A stretch of 64,000 nucleotides of DNA from Candidatus Poribacteria bacterium (GCA_965197475.1 CBDANF010000003.1:2784001-2848000); one strand, 5' to 3'. Positions 19,313 through 30,318 are shown, counted from the stretch's first letter. Notes: generated from the letters alone by a model not told the origin. Program-made: numbers and translations.

Positions 19313-20503
19313 ATGATGATCAAATTATTTTTGACTTTAACCATTTTGTTTATAACGCTTGCCTTTGTACCAAACACCTCTACACAAGATTCACCACAAA
19401 AACAACTACCGGAAGGTGCGAAAATACGCATTGATATGATCAGTAAAGATGGTCAAGGCAGGGTAAGGGATATAGCATATTCTCCGGATGGCACGCGTCT
19501 GGCTGTTGCAAGTACTATTGGAATACGGCTCTACGACGCGCAGATTGGTAATGAACTTAACCTGCTCACTGACAATGCATCTGATGCAACAAGCGTAGCG
19601 TTCAGTCCAGACGGAAAAACCATCGCAGGTGGAATTTTGGACGGAACTATTTATTTGTGGGATGTGGACGCAGGCACACGCCTCCACAAAATCATGGCAC
19701 ATGCGGCGTGGGTCTCAAGCATAGCGTTCAGTCCGGACGGAAAAACTATCGCAAGTGGAGGGGACGGTTTTGACTCTACTATTCGACTGTGGGATGTGAA
19801 CACAGGTGCACGCCTCCGCACAATTGCAGGTACAGGTGAAACCTTAAGTGTGGTTTTCAGTCCGGATGGAAAAACTATCGCAAGTGGAGGTTTAGACAAA
19901 ACCATCCGACTGTGGGATGCCGACACAGGAACACGCCTCCACACACTCACAGGGCATATGCTTCGGGTCCATAGCATAGCGTTCAGTCCGGATGGAAAAA
20001 CTATCGCAAGTGGAAGTAGTGATAACACCATCCGTTTCTGGGATTCGGAAACAGGAACACGCCTCCACAAGATCAAAATCAAAATTAGTGGACTGGACCC
20101 CCATTTTGATTTCTATAGTGTCGTGTTCAGTCCGGATGGAAAAACTATCGCAAGTGGAAGTAATGATAACACCAGCCGTTTGTGGGATGTGAACACAGGT
20201 AGCCTTCTTCACACGTTCAAAGGACATACAGAGTCCGTCTATAGTGTCGCGTTTAGTCCGGATGGAAAGACACTCGCAAGCGGAAGTAGGTCCGGTACGG
20301 TATTCCTGTGGGATGTCCTACCTATTCTACTACCCGAAGATGTCAATAAGGACGGTGTTGTCAATATTATGGATTTAGTTGTTGTCGCGGAAGCTTTTGG
20401 GGAAGCGGAACCGGATCTCAACGACGATGGAGTTGTTGATATACTGGACTTGCTCATTGTGGCATCGGCATTTGGGAATACGGTTCCGTCCCCTGAAGAA
20501 TAA
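19313..20503 (+). CDS. Secreted WD40-repeat protein with C-terminal dockerin
   Basis: Signal peptide, 7 FSPDGKTIASG-type repeats, EDVNKDGVVNIMDL/DLNDDGVVDILDL. Confidence 0.93.
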   Translation: MMIKLFLTLTILFITLAFVPNTSTQDSPQKQLPEGAKIRIDMISKDGQGRVRDIAYSPDGTRLAVASTIGIRLYDAQIGNELNLLTDNASDATSVAFSPDGKTIAGGILDGTIYLWDVDAGTRLHKIMAHAAWVSSIAFSPDGKTIASGGDGFDSTIRLWDVNTGARLRTIAGTGETLSVVFSPDGKTIASGGLDKTIRLWDADTGTRLHTLTGHMLRVHSIAFSPDGKTIASGSSDNTIRFWDSETGTRLHKIKIKISGLDPHFDFYSVVFSPDGKTIASGSNDNTSRLWDVNTGSLLHTFKGHTESVYSVAFSPDGKTLASGSRSGTVFLWDVLPILLPEDVNKDGVVNIMDLVVVAEAFGEAEPDLNDDGVVDILDLLIVASAFGNTVPSPEE

Positions 20504-20525
20504 CATGCTTGATACTACTCAAAAG

Positions 20526-20654
20526 GTAAGCGCGGTTTCCTAACCGCTCCATGTCATCATATACGAGGATCGCACGCTATGCTCCATCCAGATCACAGAA
20601 CACGTGTTCCGTTCTTTGGATAAGTTCGGTGCGGTTAGGAAACCGCACCTACCG
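20526..20654. repeat. Inverted REP pair (GGTAGGTGCGGTTTCCTAACCGCACC type)
   Basis: GTAAGCGCGGTTTCCTAACCGC and CGGTGCGGTTAGGAAACCGCACCTACC. Confidence 0.6.
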
Positions 20655-20705
20655 TGCACGGTGAACATTTTGTACTTTCTTCTAAGCAAAAGGAGAAACT
20701 AGACA

Positions 20706-21905
20706 ATGAAAATCAAGTCATTTTTAATTTTAACTGTTTTATTTGTGAGACTCACATTTATCTCAAGCACCTTTGCCCAAAATCTACCACATTGGCCGCT
20801 CCCGGAAGGTGCGAAAATACGCATTGAAATCATTGGAAAAGCTGGTAGGGGTTGGGTAAAGGATATAGCCTATTCTCCGGATAGCACACATCTGGCGATA
20901 GCGAGTTCTACTGAAATATTGCTCTTCGACGCGCAGACTGGTAAAGAACTTGACCGGCTTACGGGACATACCTCTGATGTTAGAAGCGTATCATTCAGTC
21001 CGGATGGGAAAACTATCGCAAGTAGTAGTTTTGAGGGTACTCTCTGCTTGTGGGATGTGGACGCAGGCACATGTCTCCACACAATCGCAGCACATATGAC
21101 GGTGGCTTCAAGCGTCGCGTTCAGTCCGGATGGGAAAACTATCGCAAGTGGAGGGGGAATTTTTGACTCTACTATTCGTCTGTGGGATGTGAACACAGGA
21201 ACACGCCTTCGCACAATCAAAAGTACGGGTGAGATTTCAAGTGTGGTTTTCAGTCCGGATGGAAAAACTATCGCAAGTGGAGGTTTAGACAAAACCATCC
21301 GTTTGTGGGATGTGGACACAGGAACACGCCTCCACACACTCACAGGGCATCTGCTTCGGGTCAATAGGGTAGCGTTCAGTCCGGATGGAAAAACTATCGC
21401 AAGCGGAAGCGGGGATAACACCATCCGGCTGTGGGATGTGGACACAGGAACATCCCTCTACACGATCCGACTTAGAGGTTTTAGCAACCATTACGGTTTC
21501 TCCAGCGTGGCGTTTAGTCCGGATGGAAAAACTATCGCAAGTACCAATTTTAACCGCAATGTTCGTTTATGGGATGCAAACACAGGTAGCCTTATTCACA
21601 CCTTCAATGAAAGACAGATTGGAGGACATGCTTATTGGCCCTATAGTGTTGCGTTTAGTCCGGATGGCAAGACACTCGCAAGTGGAGATAGGCTCGGCAT
21701 CGTTATTTTGTGGGATGTTCTATCTATTCTACTACCCGAAGATGTCAATAAGGACGGTGTTGTCAATATTATGGATTTAGTTGTTGTCGCGAATGCTTTT
21801 GGTGAAGCAGAACCGGATCTCAACGACGATGGAGTTGTTGATATACTGGACTTGCTCATTGTGGCATCGGCACTTGGGAGTACGGTTCTCGCCCCTGAAG
21901 AATAG
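20706..21905 (+). CDS. Secreted WD40-repeat protein with dockerin (tandem paralog)
   Basis: Same architecture as 19313-20503 with a nearly identical dockerin; RBS AAGGAG. Confidence 0.93.
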   Translation: MKIKSFLILTVLFVRLTFISSTFAQNLPHWPLPEGAKIRIEIIGKAGRGWVKDIAYSPDSTHLAIASSTEILLFDAQTGKELDRLTGHTSDVRSVSFSPDGKTIASSSFEGTLCLWDVDAGTCLHTIAAHMTVASSVAFSPDGKTIASGGGIFDSTIRLWDVNTGTRLRTIKSTGEISSVVFSPDGKTIASGGLDKTIRLWDVDTGTRLHTLTGHLLRVNRVAFSPDGKTIASGSGDNTIRLWDVDTGTSLYTIRLRGFSNHYGFSSVAFSPDGKTIASTNFNRNVRLWDANTGSLIHTFNERQIGGHAYWPYSVAFSPDGKTLASGDRLGIVILWDVLSILLPEDVNKDGVVNIMDLVVVANAFGEAEPDLNDDGVVDILDLLIVASALGSTVLAPEE

Positions 21906-22063
21906 CCCCGCTATCTATACCCTATGCCTATAACGACAGCACTGTTGTAGAATTATTTAAACCCATTCAATCCGGAAACATGAATACTGCAGTGCTTGTA
22001 AATAACTTGGCAGAACATCAAGCTTGTTAAATGTTCTACCAAGTTTGTATAACTTTTAGGTTT

Positions 22064-22155
22064 TATACCAAATTAACAGGATTGTCTTATTTTTCTGAGC
22101 AAACAGCGCACTTACAAAGCGCGCCTACAAGAATAATCAAGTTAATATGGTATTA
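22064..22155. repeat. MITE family A copy
   Basis: TATACCAAATTAAC...GCGCGCCTAC...GTTAATATGGTATTA. Confidence 0.75.
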
Positions 22156-22161
22156 GTTAAG

Positions 22162-22274
22162 CAGGACTTACGCATTCCCCCTTGATAAGGGGGTTAAATA
22201 GGCAGAATTTGGTGCTTTTAACCCCCTAAATCCCCCTTATCAGTGGGACTTTTAAACACATTGCGTCCGTCCTG
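22162..22274. repeat. MITE family B (113 bp) with 5-bp TSD
   Basis: TIR CAGGACTTACGCA / TGCGTCCGTCCTG; TSD TTAAG; related copy at 46224-46336. Confidence 0.85.
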
Positions 22275-23039
22275 TTAAGAAAGTCCCATGGCTTGCAAGT
22301 TTTTAAGGCTAATACCTAAACTCTCAAATGGATCGCGTTCATAACAGGAATCTTGTTCAATAATATACCATTCAACTTCAGCGTCCTCACACGCATTCAA
22401 GATCTCTGGCCAATTAAGGTTGCCTTCACCGACTTCAGCATATCTTTGTGTGTTACCTTTGACAGCCATATCTTTGAGATGGACAATATGCGCGCGTCCT
22501 TTTAACTTACGGATCCACTCGGCAGGGTCGCCACCTCCGTGCTGAATCCAATAGGTATCAATTTCGCTATTAAAATATTTCGGGTCGCTTTCCTCATATA
22601 AGATTTGCAGCCCGGTGCGTCCATTATAACGTTCCAATTCAAAACTGTGATTGTGATAGGAAAAGGTCAAACCACCTTCTGCAAGCCGTGCTGCAACTTC
22701 AGAGGCTTCTTTCGCAAATTGTGCATAACCTTCTGCACTGCGATATTCACCTGAAAGTCCACCAATTGCCGCGTGTTTACATCCCCACAATTGATGTTCA
22801 TCAATAACCGCTTGCGGTTCATCACGCATACGCGTATAACTACTGTGTGTCGCGCAGATCGTGATACCTTCATTGTCAATAATCTTTTTCAACGCTTCAG
22901 GTTCAATCGGACCGAGGGCAGAACATTGAACAGCTTCATAGCCGAGCTGCCTGACTTTTTTCATAGTTTCCACAATGTCTGCTTCGGTTTTAGTGAATTC
23001 CCTAAGCGTATAGAGTTGGGCGGCGAGTTGTGTTGCCAT
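22275..23039 (-). CDS. Sugar phosphate isomerase/epimerase (xylose isomerase-like TIM barrel)
   Basis: QLYTLRE, YHNHSFE, EIDTYW, VHLKD, IIEQD. Confidence 0.92.
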   Translation of the reverse strand: MATQLAAQLYTLREFTKTEADIVETMKKVRQLGYEAVQCSALGPIEPEALKKIIDNEGITICATHSSYTRMRDEPQAVIDEHQLWGCKHAAIGGLSGEYRSAEGYAQFAKEASEVAARLAEGGLTFSYHNHSFELERYNGRTGLQILYEESDPKYFNSEIDTYWIQHGGGDPAEWIRKLKGRAHIVHLKDMAVKGNTQRYAEVGEGNLNWPEILNACEDAEVEWYIIEQDSCYERDPFESLGISLKNLQAMGLS

Positions 23040-23266
23040 AATCTCTCCTTCTGTCATTATGGTGAGTATTAAAATATGTTGACATCCGGTAGGCGCGCTT
23101 TGTAAGCGCGCCAATTGACGGTGTGTCGTTAAGTGTAAAATCTGCTATAAAATATGCAGTTCGTGGATAGTATACTCACAAGGGTAGCAGATGTCAAGTC
23201 AAAATTATATACTAAAAATAAATTGATTTGCATAAAATACATCAATTTTGGTAAAATTAACATATT

Positions 23267-23620
23267 ATGAATCCTTTTTTCTTTGGTAGTAAAGGACGAG
23301 GTATATTTCGTTTTTTACGTATCTTTCTCCATTTTCCGAACTTTATTCGCCTCACGTTGCGGCTTTTCCGCGATGCACACGTGCCTATCTATCGGAAGGC
23401 GATTCTCGTTATTTCCGAAATTCTCGCGGGCACCTTCGCTATTGTTTACTTGGTGTATCCACTTGATGTCATATTTGATTTTCTGCCGATTGTGGGACGT
23501 TTTGACGATATTTTCATTGGAGCGTTGATTATTTTGGTGCCGGGGGCATGGTTATTCATCAAATCATGTCCAGAACATATTGTTCGTGAACATGTGGATA
23601 GAATTTCGCGTGGTGAATGA
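23267..23620 (+). CDS. DUF1232/YkvA family membrane protein
   Basis: YLVYPLDVIFDFLPIVGRFDD. Confidence 0.85.
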   Translation: MNPFFFGSKGRGIFRFLRIFLHFPNFIRLTLRLFRDAHVPIYRKAILVISEILAGTFAIVYLVYPLDVIFDFLPIVGRFDDIFIGALIILVPGAWLFIKSCPEHIVREHVDRISRGE

Positions 23621-23745
23621 AACGTAATTTCACTGTTACTTTTTTTTTTTGCAACTTTATTTAATAATAGGTGTGTTTTTAGGCGTAAACACTAACAAAT
23701 TTAAAAGTCCAATAGACAAAATAAATAACACTGGAGGTTTATATC

Positions 23746-25338
23746 ATGTTAAATTTCAGACACATACTTCGCAGACGCGCGGCAATACTATTAATATTAG
23801 CCGGACTTGCCGTTGCAACAGGACTTATTATTAACCACGGAACAGACGAATTTGTTGTACTGACTGCGATCGGTGAAACAAACGAAACACCTCATGAATT
23901 AGAAGATTTTCAGTATCTCGAACGTGCGAATCGTGCATTCATTAATTTGGTAGCGCGGACGCGATCATCTGTCGTGCAAATTACGACAAAGACGGAACAA
24001 AAAGTTGAGATGCCAATTCCACCGGAAGGAATGGACAGAGATGAGTTAAGACGGTTTTTTGGTGACGATTTGTTTGAACACTTTTTTGGAGACCGCACAC
24101 CCAGCGTCCCCAGACCTACTACAGGTGTCGGCTCCGGTGTAATTGTCAGTGATGATGGTTATATTCTGACAAATAACCACGTTATTGATATGGCGGATGA
24201 GATCACTGTCACCCTTGCCAATGGTAAAGAATATGATGCAGAATTAGTCGGACGTGATTCAGCCTTAAAAAATGGTGGCGGAACCGATTTAGCTGTCATC
24301 AAAATTGATGCTAATAAACTCCCTGTCTTACCGTTTGGGGATTCGGACTCGCTTGAAGTGGGCGAATGGGTGATTGCAATCGGAACGCCGCTTAACTACT
24401 CACAAACTGTAACGCGCGGTATTGTAAGTGCCAAAGAACGCGTAGGGTACACCGCCTATAGTAAATTCATTCAAACCGATGCACCGATTAATCGTGGAAA
24501 CAGTGGTGGAGCCTTGATAAACATTCGCGGCGAATTAGTAGGTATTAATACCTTCATTGCCACCGGCGGTTTTACAAGTGGAAATATAGGTTTGGGCTTT
24601 GCGATTCCAAGCAATATTGCCCGGCAAATCTTGCCCGAACTAATTAAAAATGGTGAAATTGTTCGGGGTTGGCTCGGTATTTGGATGGGCGAAGTCAATC
24701 ATGACTTAGCAGAAAAATTTGGACTTGACTCGCCACGCGGCGTGCTTGTTACCGAAGTAGGCCCGGATAGTCCAGCGGAGAAAGCAGGTATCCACAGAGG
24801 CGACATTATTTTTGAATTCAACAAAGAACAGATTCAGGATACATCGCATTTGAGGCATACTGTCGGAGCAACAGCAGTCGGCACATCTGTCCAAATACAA
24901 GTGCTCCGAAACGGAAAACGGAAACAGCTAACTGCTGAATTGGAAAAACGGACGGAAGAGGTTTTAGCAACTCTTATACCGTCTGATACAACTGATTCCG
25001 AGTTAATGCCCCCTGAACAGGAACCGGAGACGGAAACATTTGCCGGGATGCATGTTCAAAAATTGACACCTGAACTTGCAAGACGTTATAGGTATCTAAA
25101 TGAAACCGGTGTTATCGTGGTAAAAGTCGAGCCGAATAGTCCGGCAGCAGAAAATGGCATTCAAAAAGGGTATCTCATAGAGGAAATAGATTATAATGCC
25201 GTTAAAAATCTGAAAGACTACAAGAGAATTGTTGAAGAGTTGAAAGAAAAGGGTGAAAAGCTGGCACTCGTTTATGTCAAAGATCTAAACCGTCGTGGGA
25301 ATTATGTGACATTAAGGATTAAACCGGGAGATCGATAG
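23746..25338 (+). CDS. degP: HtrA/DegP (Do) serine protease with two PDZ domains
   Basis: GSGVIV, TNNHV, TDLAVIKI, QTDAPINRGNSGG, two PDZ domains. Confidence 0.93.
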   Translation: MLNFRHILRRRAAILLILAGLAVATGLIINHGTDEFVVLTAIGETNETPHELEDFQYLERANRAFINLVARTRSSVVQITTKTEQKVEMPIPPEGMDRDELRRFFGDDLFEHFFGDRTPSVPRPTTGVGSGVIVSDDGYILTNNHVIDMADEITVTLANGKEYDAELVGRDSALKNGGGTDLAVIKIDANKLPVLPFGDSDSLEVGEWVIAIGTPLNYSQTVTRGIVSAKERVGYTAYSKFIQTDAPINRGNSGGALINIRGELVGINTFIATGGFTSGNIGLGFAIPSNIARQILPELIKNGEIVRGWLGIWMGEVNHDLAEKFGLDSPRGVLVTEVGPDSPAEKAGIHRGDIIFEFNKEQIQDTSHLRHTVGATAVGTSVQIQVLRNGKRKQLTAELEKRTEEVLATLIPSDTTDSELMPPEQEPETETFAGMHVQKLTPELARRYRYLNETGVIVVKVEPNSPAAENGIQKGYLIEEIDYNAVKNLKDYKRIVEELKEKGEKLALVYVKDLNRRGNYVTLRIKPGDR

Positions 25339-25387
25339 AATTCAAAAGGATTACAATTTCCACGAATCGGCAAACACAAAGCAAAAT

Positions 25388-25482
25388 GGCTCATGTTCAA
25401 AGAATGAGTGCTAATGAAGAAAGTTCACCCCGCGCGGCCATGCCTTCATTAAAAACAACCGCACACACTTTTTACATGAGCG
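25388..25482. repeat. MITE family C, matching the ends of the IS1595 at 54145-55130
   Basis: Ends GGCTCATGT...TTTTACATGAGCG; near-copy at 26983-27073. Confidence 0.8.
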
Positions 25483-25786
25483 AAAGTATTTTATAGGTAG
25501 CAACTTAGGTTAAATTAGTCTAACTTAATGACAACACCTTATGATGTATCCTGCATTCCGCAGTTCTTTTTTAGGTTTTTTGTATTTATTGAATCCTATA
25601 AACCTTTGTAGATACTGAGTTCTTCCATTTTTTGTGATCAGATCAAATCTTGTAATTAATTCAAAAATAGTCAAAAAAACAGTGCAATTTGAGCATCAAA
25701 ATTGCCAGAAACCCAGTATTCATGCGCTGCGGAATATGGGATGTATATAATAGCATTTCACTTGCGCAGAAAATAAGGAGAATACA

Positions 25787-26593
25787 GTGAAATATTTAAA
25801 AATCCTCAGCATTGTGGGAATAGGTTGTGCAGCAGCTTTATTACTTGTATTTGGGATGCGGCTCCAAGCACAGAATAAAATAAAAGAGAAATTTATTGCT
25901 GCGAAAGCAAACGAAATGAAAGCACAAGCGATGCAGCGAGTAGGCCAGTTTCGCAACCGTCAGCAAAGTTTGAACTGGGGAACACAAGGTCGCCAACAGA
26001 ATTGGTCAAGAGAAGGGCGGCAACAAAGTTCACGATGGGGAGAGCAAGGACGTTCGGAAAAATCCGGTTCTGATGATAAATCAGCATTTTACCGTGTGAT
26101 TGTAGACAATAATATCTTTCGCCCTCTCGGTTGGAGACCTTCTAAGAAAGATCCTGAATACACTTTTATTGGTACTTCGGTTCCCCTTGATGGTACTAAA
26201 GCGGAGGCATACGTCTTAGAAAGACGTTCAAATAAATTCTATACAGCAATGGTCGGTGATAAAATCGGGGATGCTGTTGTCAAAGAAATTAAGCAGAAAC
26301 AGATCACTTTGGATAAAAATGGTGAAGTAATAACACTCAAAGGTGGAAATATGCAGTTCCTCCAAGCTGGAGGTTCTCGTCGTGGTGGTCGTTCCAGAGC
26401 AGAGGAATCTGATTCAGACAATAACAATAAAGAGAACGTTTCCAAATCTTACGATAAAGAAGCTGCTATGAGAAAAGCCAGAGAAACCGCTATGCAAAAA
26501 AAGATAATACCAAAAGAAAAAATTATGATACGGGGATTGTCTGAGAAAGCTGCACGAGAACTGCGCGAACAGATCAGAATCGAATATCGTTGA
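25787..26593 (+). CDS. Membrane-anchored GspC/PilP-like domain protein
   Basis: N-terminal TM; NIFRPLG, YTFIGT, VGDKIGDAVVKEIKQKQITL resemble the T2SS GspC HR domain. Confidence 0.55.
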   Translation: MKYLKILSIVGIGCAAALLLVFGMRLQAQNKIKEKFIAAKANEMKAQAMQRVGQFRNRQQSLNWGTQGRQQNWSREGRQQSSRWGEQGRSEKSGSDDKSAFYRVIVDNNIFRPLGWRPSKKDPEYTFIGTSVPLDGTKAEAYVLERRSNKFYTAMVGDKIGDAVVKEIKQKQITLDKNGEVITLKGGNMQFLQAGGSRRGGRSRAEESDSDNNNKENVSKSYDKEAAMRKARETAMQKKIIPKEKIMIRGLSEKAARELREQIRIEYR

Positions 26594-26645
26594 GGTAGAG
26601 GACGTGGCCGTTAGTATGCTCTTCACTCTGAAATCCTAATTAACT

Positions 26646-26833
26646 GAGGGGTGTGCATAAATAATTCAATGTAAAATGTACGCTTAAAGGTAGTAGGCAC
26701 GCTCCGCGTGCCGCAACCAAATTCGAAGAGGCGCAATAAATTGCGCGACTACAAACGCACTTCTACAAATGAAGCGGCACCTGAAATGCGTTCCTGTCTG
26801 TGTTGCTGCACCAACTAATTATGCACACCCCTC
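26646..26833. repeat. MITE family D (188 bp) with 8-bp TSD and internal REPs
   Basis: Perfect TIR GAGGGGTGTGCATAA / TTATGCACACCCCTC; TSD AATTAACT (26638-26645, 26834-26841). Confidence 0.88.
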
Positions 26834-26911
26834 AATTAACTTTACAAAATGAACCCACTAAAATAGTTAAACTTAAATGAAAATTGTTACAGCAGTTCAA
26901 AGGAGGATATA

Positions 26912-26982
26912 TTGAAGTATTCAAAATTGCTGATTTTTCTGGGAATCGGTTGTGTAGTAGGTTTACTACTTGTATTTGGGGT
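26912..26982 (+). pseudogene. Truncated paralog of 25787 (N-terminal TM only)
   Basis: RBS AAGGAGG; MKYSKLLIFLGIGCVVGLLLVFGV vs MKYLKILSIVGIGCAAALLLVFGM; cut by MITE C. Confidence 0.7.
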
Positions 26983-27073
26983 GGCTCATGTAAAGAATGA
27001 GTGCTAATAAAAAGTTTAACCCGCGTGGCCATTACCTTCATTAAAAACAAACGCATACACTTTTACATGAGCG
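26983..27073. repeat. MITE family C copy
   Basis: GGCTCATGTAAAG...CTTTTACATGAGCG. Confidence 0.8.
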
Positions 27074-27181
27074 TCGGTATATTTGTGAGTAGGTTCTAAT
27101 TAAAACTTGAAGGATAGTCGTTTTTGTGATATACTTCTGAAAAAACGGTTATCCTTCATTTTTTTAAGAGGTTTGAGTTTC

Positions 27182-28183
27182 ATGAAAGGACAACGGGTTA
27201 TTTGGCCGAGTCGCGCTAAAGTTGACATTGAAGAGTTTGAATTACCGACTATCAAAGACGATGAAGTTCTGGTCGCAACAGAAACCACACTTATCAGCCC
27301 GGGTACAGAACGAGCGTTTTTATTAGGGCTTCCGAACGCACAAGGCAGATATCCGTCGCGACCGGGCTATAGCAATATCGGCAAAGTGGTAGCGGTCGGA
27401 AAAGATGTCAGCGGATTTACGGAAGGTGAGCGCGTCGCTTCAACACAAGGACACACCAGCCACTTTGTTGCATCACCGAATCGGTTATTAAAGGTAGAAT
27501 CATCTGACACACCAGTCGAAGAAGCAGTCTTTTTTAATCTCAGTGCCATTGCACTACAAGGGGTACGGAAAGCACAAATCGAATTGGGAGAAGCAACGTT
27601 GGTCATAGGGCAAGGACTCATCGGGTTACTTGCATTGCAACTCTCGAAACTGAGTGGGGCGGTACCAGTAATTGCAGCAGATTTAACCGATAGTCGCCTT
27701 GAACTTTCTAAAAGCGTTGGCGCAGACTACATGCTAAATCCTGAAGATGCGAATTTTTCCGAGCGGTTAACTGGTGCTACCATGGGCAAAGGTCCGACAG
27801 TTGTTATTGAGGCAACAGGGCATCCAGATGCAATTAGCACCGCTTTGGATGTAGCAGGTTGGGGCGCACGGGTTGTGTTGTTAGCGAGCACGCGTGGGGA
27901 AACACCGAGTGTTAATTTCTATCGTGATGTACATAAAAAAGGGCTAATTCTTTATGGTGCACATAACTCTATTCGTCCGCGTGAAGAATCATCACCGAAT
28001 TTCTGGACGAGTGAAGACGACAGTCGATTGATGTTATCGCTTATTGCACAGAAACGGTTCATCGTTGCGCCGTTAATAAGCCATCGGGTGCCAGGACACG
28101 AAGCACCGAAGGCGTATCAATTGCTTATGGAGTGGAATCCTGGACTACTTGGCGTTGTTCTTCAGTGGAACAGCGGTATGTAG
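27182..28183 (+). CDS. Medium-chain (zinc-binding family) dehydrogenase
   Basis: TLISPGTE, PGYS, GQGLIG, VIEATG. Confidence 0.88.
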   Translation: MKGQRVIWPSRAKVDIEEFELPTIKDDEVLVATETTLISPGTERAFLLGLPNAQGRYPSRPGYSNIGKVVAVGKDVSGFTEGERVASTQGHTSHFVASPNRLLKVESSDTPVEEAVFFNLSAIALQGVRKAQIELGEATLVIGQGLIGLLALQLSKLSGAVPVIAADLTDSRLELSKSVGADYMLNPEDANFSERLTGATMGKGPTVVIEATGHPDAISTALDVAGWGARVVLLASTRGETPSVNFYRDVHKKGLILYGAHNSIRPREESSPNFWTSEDDSRLMLSLIAQKRFIVAPLISHRVPGHEAPKAYQLLMEWNPGLLGVVLQWNSGM

Positions 28184-28211
28184 GAATACTTTCAGTTACT
28201 AAAGGAAACAG

Positions 28212-30308
28212 ATGGCACGCGAATATCCAATAGAAAATGTGCGTAACATCGGTATTGCAGCGCACATTGACGCAGGTAAAACAACGACTACCGAACGAAT
28301 TCTTTTCTATACCGGTAAAAAACATAAACTTGGCACGGTAGATGATGGCACGACTGAGATGGATTGGATGGTGCAGGAACGGGAACGCGGCGTAACAATC
28401 ACTGCCGCTGCAACGACCTGCTTCTGGCAAGACCATGCGATACATCTGATTGATACACCAGGGCACGTTGATTTCACTGTAGAGGTGGAACGTTCATTGC
28501 GGGTTTTAGATGGTGCCATCGCGCTTTTCTGTGCTGTCGGCGGTGTAGAGCCGCAATCCGAAACGGTGTGGAATCAAGCAGAACGTTACGAGATACCGCG
28601 CATCGCATTCGTTAATAAAATGGATAGAGTTGGCGCGAATTTTTCACGTGTTCTTGAGATGATGGCGGAACGACTCGGGACAAACCCTGTACCGTTGCAG
28701 ATACCGCTCGGTGAAGGGCGTGATTTTGCGGGAGTAATTGATCTTATTTCAAGGCAAGCGATTCACTGGAATGCTGACGACCAAGGAAAAACATACGAGG
28801 AAGTTGAAATCCCACCCGAATTCCAGGAAGCAGCGGATATCGCTCGCGAATCTCTTATAGAAAATGTGGCAACTGAAGATGATAGCCTTCTTGAAAAATA
28901 TCTTGAAGGCAATGAGATATCTGGTGACGAATTAATTGCAGGCATTCGAAACGCCACACTGAAAGGGAGTTTAGTGCCAGTCCTTTGTGGAAGTTCCCTT
29001 AAGAATCAAGGGGTTCAACCGCTCCTCAATGCGGTTGTTGATTTTTTGCCTTCCCCAGTTGATGTGCCGCCGATTGAAGGTGAGATTCCGAAACCTTCTA
29101 AAGGAAAATCTTCCAAACGTGATAGTTCCCATACTACGGATAAAGCGGTTCGTCATGCAGACGACACCGAACCTTTTTCTGCATTAGCATTTAAGGTGGC
29201 AAGTCATGACACTGTAGATAAATTAGTTTATTGCCGCGTCTATTCCGGCACCCTCAAACGCGGGGCAGTCGTGTATAATGTCGCAACAGAGAAACGGGAA
29301 CGTGTCAATCGCATTTTTCAGATGCACGCCAATAAAGAGGCGAGTTGTGATGCCGCTTACGCAGGCGACATTGTCGCACTTGTCGGGATGCGTAATACGA
29401 AGACAGGCCACACGTTGAGCGATATTAATAACCCGCTTTTGCTTGAACCGATTGAATTTCCGCCGCCAGTTATCTCTATTGCGATTGAACCTGAACGCGC
29501 CAGTGATACAGACGCATTGGAGGAAACGCTTGAAAAACTTATGGACGAAGACCCGACTTTCACTGTCGGTATTGATAAAGAGACTGGACAACGGATTATT
29601 TCTGGTATGGGTGAACTCCACTTAGAAATCCTCACTGACCGCATGATCCGAGAATTTGGTGTGAACGCGCGAGTGAGTAAGTTACAAGTAGCATATCGCG
29701 AGACGATTAGCAGCACTGCTGAGGCACGCGGAACACATATCTATAAAACGGATGAGGAAGGTATATATGGCGATGTGCTGCTTACGGTCGCACCGTTGGA
29801 ACGAGGTAGTGGTTTTGAGTTTGAGGACAAAACTAATGAAACACAGATTCCACGTCAGTATATTCCGTCTATTCAGAACGTCCTTGAAGGTGCATTAGGT
29901 ACCGGCGCACTGATGGGATATCCACTCCAAGATATCAAGGTGACGCTCACTGGTGGTTCCACGCATCCTACCGATTCTTCAGAGATAGCATTTGAAGGGG
30001 CAGCTGTGCTCGCTTTTGAAAAAGCTGTCAAGCTGGCGAATCCACTGCTCCTTGAACCGGTTATGCAGATGCACATCACTGTGTCAGATGAACATATCGG
30101 AAAAGTGATCGGTGATCTAAATTCTCGTCGTGCGCAAATCAACGAGACAACTTCTCAAGATACGTCTAACATCATCAATGCCATCATTCCGCTTGCAGAG
30201 ACGTTTCAATATACAACCCGCCTCCGTTCTATGACACAGGGACGTGGGACATTTTCATTGGAATTTTCACATTACGAAGTAGCACCATCGTCTCTCAGCA
30301 CTTCTTAA
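28212..30308 (+). CDS. fusA: Elongation factor G, divergent stand-alone paralog
   Basis: [30 protein letters not shown]; not adjacent to rpsL/rpsG/tuf. Confidence 0.9.
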   Translation: MAREYPIENVRNIGIAAHIDAGKTTTTERILFYTGKKHKLGTVDDGTTEMDWMVQERERGVTITAAATTCFWQDHAIHLIDTPGHVDFTVEVERSLRVLDGAIALFCAVGGVEPQSETVWNQAERYEIPRIAFVNKMDRVGANFSRVLEMMAERLGTNPVPLQIPLGEGRDFAGVIDLISRQAIHWNADDQGKTYEEVEIPPEFQEAADIARESLIENVATEDDSLLEKYLEGNEISGDELIAGIRNATLKGSLVPVLCGSSLKNQGVQPLLNAVVDFLPSPVDVPPIEGEIPKPSKGKSSKRDSSHTTDKAVRHADDTEPFSALAFKVASHDTVDKLVYCRVYSGTLKRGAVVYNVATEKRERVNRIFQMHANKEASCDAAYAGDIVALVGMRNTKTGHTLSDINNPLLLEPIEFPPPVISIAIEPERASDTDALEETLEKLMDEDPTFTVGIDKETGQRIISGMGELHLEILTDRMIREFGVNARVSKLQVAYRETISSTAEARGTHIYKTDEEGIYGDVLLTVAPLERGSGFEFEDKTNETQIPRQYIPSIQNVLEGALGTGALMGYPLQDIKVTLTGGSTHPTDSSEIAFEGAAVLAFEKAVKLANPLLLEPVMQMHITVSDEHIGKVIGDLNSRRAQINETTSQDTSNIINAIIPLAETFQYTTRLRSMTQGRGTFSLEFSHYEVAPSSLSTS

Positions 30309-30318
30309 GCCAACCTAA

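Noticed and set aside
15402-21905. tRNA-anchored integrative island
   Set aside because: No integrase or att duplication, and the accessory genes lie on the 5' side of the tRNA
21999-22045. Long hairpin AACTTGGCAGAACAT/ATGTTCTACCAAGTT
   Set aside because: Most simply a terminator between convergent genes
23640-23650. T11 homopolymer upstream of degP
   Set aside because: Intergenic AT-rich tract with no evidence of a switch
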